Shown: one piece after another, positions 30,601 to 43,100 of the stretch
Layout: each line of letters starts with the position of its first letter
How positions within the stretch are numbered: the first letter of the stretch is position 1
From: Thalia democratica
Taxonomy: Eukaryota
Length of the DNA: 64,000 bases
Reading direction: 5' to 3'
Assembly: GCA_965202585.1 (NCBI GenBank)
Contig: OZ241830.1
Coordinates: 62,806,001 to 62,870,000 of the forward strand
Position numbers and translations under genes: made by a program
The notes under the pieces: model-generated
Database searches by the model: none
The model's input: the letters and a program-made list of their open reading frames with translations, nothing else
What the model was told of the DNA's origin: nothing

Positions 30601-33600
30601 AGTTTGCACAGCATTTATACCGTTTTATTTGAGATTCAGTAAAAATTTCTCACGCCTAACTTCGTAATATAATAATAATCGTGTGTATTACAAACCTTTA
30701 GATGAACTATTAAAAACGTTGATACGTACATTAAATACTTAAGCAGTTGGTTTGATATTATTTTTTGATATAAAAACATAAGTCTCAAACACTACCCCTT
30801 GCAACGACAAATGTTTTCTGGCGGTGTATACCTAAAGGTGTTTAATTTCACTATCAATAGAATTATAATATACAAATTTTGGCAGCTTTAAAGCTGTTCT
30901 TAAATTAAATAACTTAGTTGTGTAAAGCTGTTTGTGTTAATAAAGTATGTGTTAACTTTTGAAACATTTCTTCGGTTAGTAATATGTTTCTAAAACGTTC
31001 GTGATGGAATTTGTAAATAATTTAATACTGCAAAAGCTATAAACAAAATACTGTATTTTTTTCTTGAATACCTTTAAACCTTTGAGTTTGAAATTGATAT
31101 ATAAAGCCGATTACACTTAATAAATGAAGTTGATACAAAAACGGCTATAAGTATTTCTTATGTGCCTATTTAACATAAAAGTTTTTTATGCTGATTTATT
31201 TAAAAAAAAAAAAATAATGAAATAATATTTTTTATAATGTTGTCTTTTTAACATATAAAAAATAGTGTTTTATTATTAAACATTTAAGGCTTTTTAGTTT
31301 TAAAAAAGTCCATAAGAATTTTTTTCTAAAAAGCTTAAAGTTACTAAAGTTACTTATTTTCTAAATAGGTAGAAAAAATTAAAGCGTGTTCGAAAAATTC
31401 TAGTTAAAGTGTATATATACTTTAAATTAACTTAATTCCAACTTCAATTTTCTATAAATGAACATATTAACAACAATTTTACTTTTAACCTTAAGTTTAA
31501 TTAAACTTTTTATCATGATAAAAGTCTTTTAAAAAATACATTTTTTTTCTATTATTATCTTAATTTCAATTAACAATTTTTAATTTTACTAACAATACAA
31601 TGTTTCACTCGTTTAAAACTAAACGAGATCTTCAGTTGTTTAAAATCTTATTCAAATAGAATTAACTTAATTTAACAGACTTGGTCTAAAGTTTATGAGT
31701 ATTTTAGTAAAGTTGAAATTATTTTTATACTACTACAATTTTGAAATGAAAACACTTCAAAATTAATCTAAGAGTTAAACAATTTTTACATAAACCTTAT
31801 TGTTTATATAGCTTTTTGTTAAAAACAACAATATTTGTCAATATTTGTAAATAAACTTTAAATGTTGATTGACTACTGCGGTGTGTAAGCTGTTAGCTAA
31901 CTAAAAACTTTTAAACAGTAAGCAACAACTGAGCTGTATTTACCACAACTAGTTTCAACAACAATAATAAGTAAATGTGGTGTTGTTAGAAAGAGTTAAC
32001 TAACATTTGAAATGCATGTATAAGTTTTTCTAGCTTGTAGAATTTTTTTGTTTTGAAAATATAAAGTCACCAGTAAAAGTAAAACTTTAGTAAATATAAA
32101 TTTAATTAAAGTAGTAAAAAAAAAACAAGTTTTATTTTCTTTTTCAAATTTTTCATTACCATTTACCAAAAAACATAAAATTATATTTATTTGAAACGTA
32201 ATTACCTTATAACTTTTTAAACTTAACTCTAAACAAGTTTGTTTTTTACTACGTAGTAACCGAAAACATGTTTTAAAAAATATGTTTTAAATTTTGTTTC
32301 ATATTTGTTTGTGAGGTTCAGATAAAATAGTTTGTTTTCAAATTATTATGTCAATAAAGAAACTATTTTACTAAACTCTCTCCAACAAGAAAGTTTAAAT
32401 TTCCTGTAATTTTTAATTAACTTGACGTAAGCTTAATCGATTGACGTACTTTTTTTCCTGTTTGAAACTTTAAAAAGTGTATTTTTAATAAATAAAATTT
32501 AATTCAAAGTAAAGTTCATTTGATACTTGATAATAACAAATTCTAAATTTTTCGAAGTTTTTATGAAACTTTATAAATTAAAAGTTTGTTTAACACAGTT
32601 ATAACAGTAGTACAACGTTATAAGGTTTCTTGTTTTATATTAAGTCAGTTTCAAAACTTAATGACTGGTTAACAAATTTTTGAAAAGCAATTTATTATTT
32701 CATTATATGTTTTATTTTGAACGCTTATGTTTGACAAAACTAATTAAAAAAATTTACTTAAAGCAAATTAACTTTGCATTCCTAAAACAATAACAGCAAT
32801 AAATGGTTGCGTAAAAACCAAAATAATTTAAGTAAATAATTGTATTAAGTAACGGATGCTTATTATTTAAAACTAGCAGTTTTGTTTTGTTTTAGTAGGC
32901 ATTAAATACTAGTTTAGCAAATTTAATTGTATATGATGTCTTGTGTAACATACGGTTACATTAAGCAAAAACTACTATTTTTTTTTTCATCAAAACAAAA
33001 AATTAATCGGAGTATTTTTTTTTAATATGATAGTTGAAATTTAAGAACAATTGTGGATACTTTTAAACTAAGCAATAAGAAAATATGTTTCTTAACCAAC
33101 TCGACTGACAAAATAACAATAAAAACTTTATGTTTTTTTTTTTTCATTTTGTTTGAGTTTAACCAGAATGATTTTTTTATATACTTGTTCTATTTTTTTC
33201 TTAAATACGTGGTCTTTAAGTACTTATGAACTGACTGCTTTACACACGAGTAGCTTACAGTACTAAAGTTAATAGATATTGGTCTTACTTAAAATCACTT
33301 ATTCCTAAGTTATGAATAAAACACATTTTAAATTTATGTTTATTATAAAATAGTTGTTATCAACAATCAAGAAAGAAACTATAATACTTAATAAATAAAT
33401 GATACACAATAATATAATTTATGCAAAATACTTACAACCTTAACAAAGTGTAATTTATTCATGACTAAAAATCGTATACTTTCTTCAGTGTAGATTATGT
33501 TTCATGTGCTTGAAGTTAGATTGTTGATGCGAACGCTTGCAGCACAAATAGAAGTAACGCGTATTTGAAAGACCAATGCCGATATATTAGCATTGGAATG

Positions 33601-34716
33601 AAATTAACTTCTTCGAATAAACAATTTTGTTTTGGGAATTGAGAAAATTGATTTTAAGAAAGCTTATCGATTTTTTTTATTGTTACTGAAAATTCCGTAT
33701 TTATTCACACACTTTAAAATTATAAAATGAAATGTTGATTTCATTACGCTAATTCACTTGAACTTTTCAAATTAGTGAATAAAGCCTGGTTTAAACTCTT
33801 TAAATCCTACTTAACTTTAAACTTTTACACAAAAGTTAAAATTAAAAGCCCGGATAAAAAAAAGTAAAAACATAAACTGTATTACTTATTATATCAAAAA
33901 TTACACCGTTTACGAAAATTAAGATAGAATGTAACACAAAAACTAAGTATAAATGATCAAGTTATTGAGTTGTCTTTAATCATTCTCCGGCCTTCTTATT
34001 TTCCGGCTTCTTGTCCTCAGACTGCTTCTTACCGGCTTCTTTCTTCTGCTGCTTTATTTACGGTGGTTAAGTGCGGGCAGTAACAAATTGTTTCAAATTT
34101 ATTGTTCTTCGCTAAACTATAAATTTAAAATTTCATCCAGTACACTTGTTGATATAGAAAATATTCATCTTTTCATTGTCCATCATTGTAGTATTAATTG
34201 AAAAAACTCATTGTACACTCTACCCGCGGCTCAAAAAATAAAGTTAAGATATTCTTTCAAGAAACTTTAGTACAAACTATTATGTTACTATGCCACACAA
34301 AATAAAAAAACATCTAAGCAATTAAAGATACATTGAAAATAATTTATTAGTTTAAAAATTTTCTAAAAACCGCATAAAACATTCTAATTTTATTTTCAAC
34401 CAAAAAAAAACACAATTTTTCAATACTTAAAACTCAAAGTTTTAAACAAAATATATGGTATTTACTTTAATAATGTTTTTAAACAACTAGTATTGTAATA
34501 TAGTTTTTGATTAATTGGACAATTTCAGATTGAGAGTCTTTATTCAACACGGTGTTTCGTGCAAACGCAATGATCACGATTTAAACTCTATTTAGTACTC
34601 TATAAAGTAAGACAAACAAAACAATATATACTACTATTAGATACTACTAATCAACACTAATCAATACTAACTATATTTTTATTAAAATTCGTTAATTAAA
34701 TTAGCTTGCTAAAATG

Positions 34717-35560
34717 AGCAACGTTCAAAAAGAATCATAGAAAAGACAAGAAAGGATATTAGAGCAGTTTTCTCGGAACAAAACTTAAGAATTAAGATTG
34801 AATTAGATAGCAGCAATATAGACTTTCTGGATGTTTCACTTGATCTAAAAAATGATATATACCATCCCCACAGAAAATCCAACTCGAAAGAAAAATACAT
34901 AAATATAACTCTAATTATCCACTAAGCGTCAAAAGAGAACTACCTTATATGATACAATATATATAGATTATTTGCTCTGTCAAAAAACAAATATATGTTT
35001 AACAAATAGAAAGAACCGTACGAGGAAGCGTTAAAAACCAGTGGCTTTAATAAAGTTCTAGAATACTCAAACCAAAAAGATGGCATAGCCGGTAAAAAAA
35101 ACAAAAAGAAGAAGAAAAAAGAAAGTACTATATTACAACCCTCCATTTAGCTCAACTCTAAAAAGCAACTTAGGAAAAGAATTTCTAAACTTAGTAGACA
35201 AACACTTTCCTAAAAACGGACCCCTTAATAAAATCCTGAATAGAAACACAATCAAAATTAGTTACTCATGTATGCCCAACATAGAATCCAAAATTAATAA
35301 ATAAAATCTTAAAATCATAGAAGAAAGTAAAACCCAGGAGAAAAATGAAACAACTTGCAATTGCAGAGTTAAAACCTTATGTCCAGTGGAAGGCAAATGC
35401 CTTTCCAGAAGTGTTATATACAAAGCCACAGTCACACACAATAACAAAGAACACCATTATATTGGATCCACCGCAAGAAACTTTAAAACAAGATACAACG
35501 AGCATATGCATAGCTTCAGAAATAAAAATCTGAGAGAATCGACGAAACTGAGCTTTATAA
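34717..35560 (+). mobile_element. Decayed Penelope-like retroelement fragment: RT C-terminus/thumb, linker and GIY-YIG endonuclease
   Basis: Frameshifted translation gives IDFLDVSLDL...YHPHRKSN...(S)NYPLSVKRELP...YEEALKTSG...FLNLVDKHFPK..LNKILNRNTIKISYSCMPNI...CNCRVKTLCPVEGKCLSRSVIYKATVTHNNKEHHYIGSTARNFKTRYNEHMHSF. This is the typical PLE RT-to-C-terminal GIY-YIG architecture. Truncated at both ends. Confidence 0.85.
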
Positions 35561-35806
35561 TTCAGGCCGTCTAGTTCAACAAAGAGATGATCAAGAAAAA
35601 CGTCAAGTGAAAGACAATGCATAAAATTAATCAATGCAAACCGAGCTTAAATACCTAACTAGAACATCAAAATTATAAAAAAGTACAAAATATGTAACTA
35701 GACTAGAACAAAATTGTAACTATTAAACTACAATAAAGTCATAAAAACTATTCAGAATACTCAAAGATTTATCCAAAGTATTTTAACTAGAAATTTTGAA
35801 TTTTTC

Positions 35807-36000
35807 AAAAGTGACCCTCCGTGCTAAACTTACGCCATGCAAAAGTCACCCTCCTTGCAAAAGTGACGACGTGCAAAGGTGACCCACCGTGCTAAAAGGA
35901 CACTTTGTGATAAAGCGACGATATGTATAAGTAATGCAGCATCCTAAAATGAGGCTTCGTGCTAAAGTGACCTACCGTGCTAAAGTGACGCACCGTGCAG
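35807..36000. repeat. Degenerate ~18-bp tandem repeat (gtgc[t/a]aaagtgac[c/g]cacc), probably a minisatellite or transposon subterminal array
   Basis: About 8 imperfect units, e.g. gtgctaaagtgacctacc-gtgctaaagtgacgcacc-gtgca; GC-rich island in AT-rich DNA. Confidence 0.7.
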
Positions 36001-38496
36001 TATTGATTTGACTCCCGTGTTTTTATGTTTAAAATTAATCAGAATAGTTTTAAATTTAAGATCTATATACAAAAAATTAAGTTTCGAGGTATCAAAAAAG
36101 TAAGCAGAAATAAGCGAATTTATCTAAAAAATTAAAAGTTTATTTGTATTTTACTTAACAAACTTATATAACTATTCTAAAAATTTTAAGTTTTTAAGTG
36201 TTTAAAAGTGTAAAAAGTCTTATTTTTACTTAGAATAAGCCAATTCAAAGGTTTATCAATAAAATCATTTTCAATATTTGTCTAAGCAACATTATTCTAA
36301 CCAAAAGTTTTACAAGTCTTGTTTGAACAAACATTTTTCAATAAAATAAAACTTATAGGCTTAGTTTTCCTTTAGCAATTAATAAGTATAACACGGTTAA
36401 AATAAATAGAACAACCAAAAAGTGTTTAGTGTAGAAGCAGACAGTAATTTTTTAAATACTTTATTATATACTACGTATAATTATATTTTTTAAATTAATT
36501 AAACTTTTTATTGTAAACATTTTGGTCTGCACTGTACAGAAATTCATTTTTAACGTGCATATCTTTTAAAAATTAGGCGATCCGCTGCTTTTTAAAGTAT
36601 CAACATAAAACTAAGTTTATTTACTTTTAAAACAAACAAAGTAATCAAGCCGCACTTATTGTTTAGAATGCTTAATAACTTTACGCCTACCTACTTGCTC
36701 ATTACCAAGCAGCAAATAAGCAGGAAGTTTTTATGAAGTCAACAGTTAGTCACAACAAGCTTTCTACTTATTTATTACGCTTGTGTGTTGTGAGCAGCCT
36801 TACCAGTTTGTAAATTCTGTAAAGAATAAATGATATATTGAGTTTTGTAGATCAGCTGCACGATAATCTTTTTTTTTGTGTTTATAGTTCAAAATTTCAT
36901 TGCTAAAAATAATGATTTAAAATGTGTTTTCAGACAGGAAGGTTTACAGGATTTGTTTGTTTTGCAGCTCGTAAGGCAAGTGTTTTAGAATAGTTTATTA
37001 AATCATTCGTAAAAGATAAATATAAATAAAAACTAATGTTAAAACTTTAAGCAGCCTGTTTATAATATTAAGAACTAAATACAAATAAAATATATGAAGT
37101 TTGTCTTATTGGCAACTACTCTTTATTCTACACTAGAAGTCGGTAGACAATTGGTTCTCACGGGCCAAATTTCAAGTTTCAAAATTTTTGACCGGTTTTA
37201 GTCACATTTAGCTACTTATAAGGGTCTGGCCTGGCCTTTTTAAAATGTATTTTTGTTTTTGAGTATAAAATTAATACTTAATATAATACTTATGTCCTAA
37301 TATTATTTTTATCATGACTTATATATTTATTTAAATAAAATAACAATTTTGTTCTTTTCATTACCACCTAACTGTTTGAAATGAAATAAGCAATCTATCA
37401 GACGTTTTGTGTTTGAAAAAAAATACACGATACACTACCATAAAACATCAACTACAAACACAGTGATGCAGTAAAACAATTTATGAAGTTTGATATCCAT
37501 TTCCTCTTCTAGTTCGGCTTCATATAGTATTGTTTTCATTTAGTGTTTTTTCTCTTTCTTCCAGTCTTTTGCATGTTGTAGGTAGATAACCATTACAAGA
37601 AGTCATTTACAAGCAACTCTCACTGACATCTGTAAAAAACTAAACTCAAAAAACAGATCTGAATTACTTCGTACACTTTTTATATAATCTACTTCTACCA
37701 TTTAGTTATTATTTTATTTTAAGTTGTTGAAAATAATCTTTATATATTCAATACATGGCACATCACATTTTAAAGTTTTAGTTATTTTTGTTTAGGTAAA
37801 TAATATACAAACAAAACTTATATTATTAGTTTCACTTAAACAGCGTTAGTTTTTCTTTTGAAACCCTTAAATACTTTACTAATCTTTTTGAAACAAAAAA
37901 GTAACAATCAATTACATTAAACTAGTCTGTTTTTTTAAAAGTTAAAAAAATGTAGAAAAATCAAGTTTGAAAGATTTTGCAATTTCAACAAAATAATTTA
38001 CAAAAAAAAATTGGTTTTAGTAAATAGATTTTGATTTCTTCAAAATGTTTTTCTGAAATTTTCAATACAGTGATAAAATAGTTATAAAACAGACATTTTT
38101 ATAATCACAAGCCAAAGCAAAGACCTAAATTATAAAGAATTAATATATTAGTAAAACACTGTAATGTTTGCACAGTGTTTGTACATATAAAAAGTAAAAA
38201 CATTTATACTAAATAAAATTACTTATTGCATTGTCAACTTGCTGAATCTAATAAATTTTTCAATCCAAGTACGTAAGATTTTGTATACACTCCAAGATGT
38301 TGTTGTTTGAAAGGAAAATCAAAGTCTAAACTTTAAATAAAAACTACTAGGACTACTTCTGTCTTTTTTCACATACTTAAGCTTAAGCAGTGAAGATAAT
38401 AAACGGTTTTTTAGTGAGATCTAGGTACTTAAAAAGAAAACTAATAAAAATACTGTTTTTTGTTCAAAAAACTCAATTTGAAATATAGTTTTGTTT

Positions 38497-38673
38497 AGCA
38501 GGCCAAATTTATATGTTCGAGGGCTACATATACATGCAAATTTTTTATTTGCGGGCCGCAGATTTTTCTTTCACGGGCCGCATTCCATTAAAAGAAAAAA
38601 ACATGCTCGTGGGCCGTAGATTTACACTTCGAGGGCCGAAGTTGGCCCGCGGGCCGCAGTTTGCCGACCCCTG
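38497..38673 (-). mobile_element. hAT (Charlie-type) transposon end; a degenerate partner end may lie near 37133
   Basis: Ends in gtttgccgacccctg (reverse complement caggggtcggcaaac) with clustered gggccg(c/t)a subterminal motifs. 37133-37170 (tagaagtcggtagac...cacgggccaaa) resembles an opposite end, but no TSD matches. Confidence 0.65.
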
Positions 38674-40104
38674 CTTTAAAGTATGCTGATTTATAGGCTT
38701 TAAGTACTGAAAAAGTTAAGATTTTATTAAAAAAATCTTATTTCTAAAAAAAGTATTTCTATGTAATTTTTTGGTAAAACAATATAAATTAAACTTAAAA
38801 ACTGAGTGTTTATTCATTATCACATAGTTTTCGACTAAACATTATGTACAAAGTCAATATTAAGTTTTCAGGAAACCTCACTTCTTAAACTTCAAGTGTA
38901 CACAAACAAAAAACTAGTTCCAAATATAATAAAAATTACAATAGGTTTTATAGAATAAAAAGCATGTTATCACAGTAATAATGTTTTAGAAATGAAAATG
39001 TTTATAAAAAATTGTACTCTTAATTTAAGTAGAAATATTTGTGAAATGTATAACACTATTTTTAAACAGCTTTAGTTTATTAACGTTATAGTTTATGATT
39101 GACAAAAAAACGACGTTCAATATGCTTAGTCCTAGAACCTGGTGCACAAAGAACTTTTAGTTATCGAGTCGCACACAACGGATTACTTTTAATGTCTTGT
39201 CCGGGACAAATATTAAAGGACTTAGGTTAAATAAATACTGGTTGTTTTATGAATGAATTTTATAAAAGCTTTTTTTATTTTTTTTTTTAGAGATACGCCT
39301 AATACTATGTCCATAGAATAAGAGTAAGTAATCAAAACATATACAAAATAATAGATTGCCTTAATAATGCATGCTCTTACTTTGAAAAGAAAAATGAATA
39401 ACCGGAAATAGTGACAAAGTACATAAAAGCATGCGTTGTAATTTTGTAATTTAAAAGGTATTACTTTCAATATTAGAATATTAGTAAGCTAAGCTAGCCC
39501 ATGTGCTCTGACATCAAAGTATTAAGATTATTAAATTTGTTAAACTCAGAAAAAAAGATTAGTATAGTGTTGTACGTAGACATGTTTATTATTAAAATAA
39601 CTTCTAATCTACTAATTAGCTTGTTTAAACTTCAAAGTTTTTAAATAAACCTTTAGGACAGTTGTTTAGAACTATAACTTTTTTAAACTATTGTTTTTAT
39701 GCAAAATCGAATTCGGTCGGTACAAAATTATTTCGAGTCTCGGTTATTTGGTTAAAATCAGTATATAAAAGTGAAATTTTTGATCTGAACGCTCTTGATA
39801 TTTAAAACAATGTTCATGTAAATTTATTTTCGTACATAGAAACTGTTAAGTTATTTTTTACACAAACTTTGAACAAATAATAAAATTAGAACATTTTTAA
39901 CAAAATAAAGTTTGTAAAGCTTTTAATAGTTCATAACTTTGTACTAGATAAAACTTGTTAACTTTGAAGTGCATATTTTTTTCACTGTTTAAAACATAAT
40001 GTGTACACATGAAAACTCAAAAAACTGTATAAATGCAACAAACAATTTATTTTTTTCAAATATCCTACCACAGGTATTTTAAACTAAAATTGCCATCACC
40101 TAAC

Positions 40105-43100
40105 ATGGATTTCGTAGAAAAACAACTTTCTTCAAAAAGTAAGGAAAATAAATTTAAAAAAATTGATTTAAAAAAAAAAGGAAGTCTAACCTAAATAAAG
40201 TTATATTTTTATAACATATAGAATGGTAGAATGGTATTAAAGAAGTTTTGTTACAGTTGCACAAACAAAGTTAAATATACTGTTTATTAAAATAAGTAAA
40301 AAGTATCTACCAGTTTTTCAAGCTTTAAAGGTAAAGGAAATATATTAACACAAGTATAATTTTTTAACTTTTTTACGTAATTATACGGTAATTTTATATT
40401 AAATAAATATGTAAAAAGAGGCAATAACCCCGTATTACTATTATTATTTACAGCTGATGGAGTTTCGTCGTTTAAGGTAATTTTTTTTTTGTTTAAAAAG
40501 TATGTGTTACGTATGCTTTAACTATTTGTTATATTATTTTGTTTTTAGTTGATTTATACAGTTTTATACCATTTACTAACATAACATATATTTTAGTTTA
40601 TTGGGATATTTTCTTGGTTTTAGAACAACTCTAAAAACTATGACTAAAAAAAGGTAAATCTGCGCGGGTTGCTTAATTTTTTTGTTTTTAAATCATTAGT
40701 GTTTGTTTAACAACTATCCTAAATTTTCAAGTTTTTAGCAAACAAACAAAACGGTTTTGTTTGTATGAAAAACCGACTAAAATATTTTGATAAAAATTAA
40801 ACAATTTATGTCTTTTAAAACTAATTAAATTAGTCATCATTACTTTTGTGTTAATTTTATTGAGAGTAACAAAAGTAACTTACAGTTTACAAAAGTTTCA
40901 GTAAATTTAGAGTGTTTTCTATCATACTAAGTGATGGAAGTTTAATTATTCCTTTTATTTTGAAGACATTACACCTTTGTGATCATTTAGAAGTAACTGT
41001 TGTTGAGGGGAGAAATATTACGAATGGATGTTTTAGCGACAAAAGTTAGTTGATTTTGATAATAATTTGGTTTAACAAGTAGAGTATTATAAATATTTTC
41101 AAACTCATTTTTGTAACATTTTTATCTTTTAAAAATATTTTAGAGATTTTGTTTTTTTTAAAGGTATTAAAATGGAATATTGTTTCAGACTTTAAAGTAA
41201 TAAAACAAGCACTAATTTGATATTTAAATAGTACTTAGTTTTATTCTTAAGTCCCGTTAAATAAAATATTTTAGGGGCAAAAAATTGTTTAACAAAATCC
41301 AGATTAACTTAATATTTATTAAGCTTTATCGAACCAAGAATATTCTTAAAGTTTATTTAAATTTTTATTCTAACTTAATTATATTTAAAAAAATAATAGT
41401 ATGTACCAAAAGCTGTTTTTTAAAAGTCTTATTTTTAAGCAAAAACCAAGTAAATATAATTGCTTTTATATGAATAACTATCACTAAAATATTACTCAAA
41501 GTATATAGTCAAAAAAGCATTTACTCAGTTTGAAAAATACGTTATGCTTAATAACAGTAATTTTAAGGAAGTTTAAAAAGTAAACGTAAAATACTTGTCA
41601 TAATTACACATTTTAGCATATCATATTAAATATGAATTTAAGGTACGAGCTCTACTGAAATTAATTATAAAGTTTACAGTTTAATTATTTATAGTGCTGT
41701 TTTAAAACTGTACATTTAAATCGTCAAAAATATATTTCACCCATAGTATTTTAGTGATACGCTTCAACAATAGTTTACAACAAACTGTTTTAAAAATTTT
41801 CCTATTTAATTTTAAAATTTTAAAAATTATCATATTCGTTTAACTTAATTCGTTTAATTAACTACAAAGTTTATAAAAATGTTAATTTATCATTTTTGTT
41901 TGTTGTTACTCTACTAAATTTATAAAGCTTTCAAGGTTTGAACAAACGTTAGTTTTATTTAACTGCGAGAAAAAAGCTTAAAAAATAAATATTAGAAATA
42001 TTTTGTATTAAAACTTTACATAAACTTTTTCTATAACTTTTACTATTTTTCAGTTGATACACCAGATCCTTACGTTAAAATCGAAGTATTGGACGTTCCT
42101 GATTCTAAAAAAAGAACTAAAAGAATTAAGAACGACCCAAATCCTAAGTGGTTTGAAAAATTTGACTACTACATTCATCCTAACCCTACAAAGCCTACCA
42201 TATGCAAGGTTCTTGATACAAATAAAAACTCTTTTTAAGCTATTTATATGCAAAACATAAAAATAGTTTCAACCAATTTAATTTTTTTATTAAAATTAAG
42301 TTCAATTGTAAGTTTTTTTTTTCTGTCAGCATGTATTTCTTTTATATATTTACTATACACATTTCAATTTGTCAAAAAATACTTAAAATAAAATTCCTAA
42401 AACGACAAAAACGATGTAGATTAGGATTTTAGACTCGGATTGGTTTGTCGACGATGAAATAGGCACAGTTAAGTTTGACTTGAACGAAATAAAAAACGGT
42501 GATGAAACTGTAAAAACTTTTAAGTTTCCAAAGGTGCGTACATTCATTTTGAAAAAATGTCATTCCTAATCATAAATTAAAAAATAAAAATAAATGGTGT
42601 TTTAATAGTTTTAAAGTTGAATTATTTTTTCAGGGTACAGAACTGGACGTTAGATTTAAACGTCAAGTTAAGTTAGTAACGTTTATTTTAATTAGTTTTT
42701 GGTAAAACTGTTTAGTCAATGATTTATGAATTTGAAAATATAAAAAGTATTATTCTTTTTAATTAATAACTTACTGCAATGTTTCTTTTATTTATTTACA
42801 CTGGTTTAACAACAAAAAAGCAAACTATACTTATGAACTTAAAAAGAATTAACACTCATTTAAATATTTTATGCAAAACAATCAACTATTAATAAAAAAG
42901 CTGATTAAAAATCATGCGTAAAGACCAAAAAGTGTTTTTCTTAATATTTTAAAATACAAATAGAAAAGAAAATGATGTCAGGGTTGGTTCGAGTTTGTGT
43001 GAGGAAGAAAATAAATTCAGAAAGCTGCGCTTAAAAATCGCCACTGACAATCTCAGGAAGTTGCTAGGCAGCGAAAAGGGTCCAAGAAATGAACACGAGA

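Noticed and set aside
40596-40653. Extra exon-like segment with a strong donor in cPLA2-1 intron 2
   Set aside because: Inclusion introduces stops or breaks phase; the 40476-to-40966 splice already gives a continuous frame.
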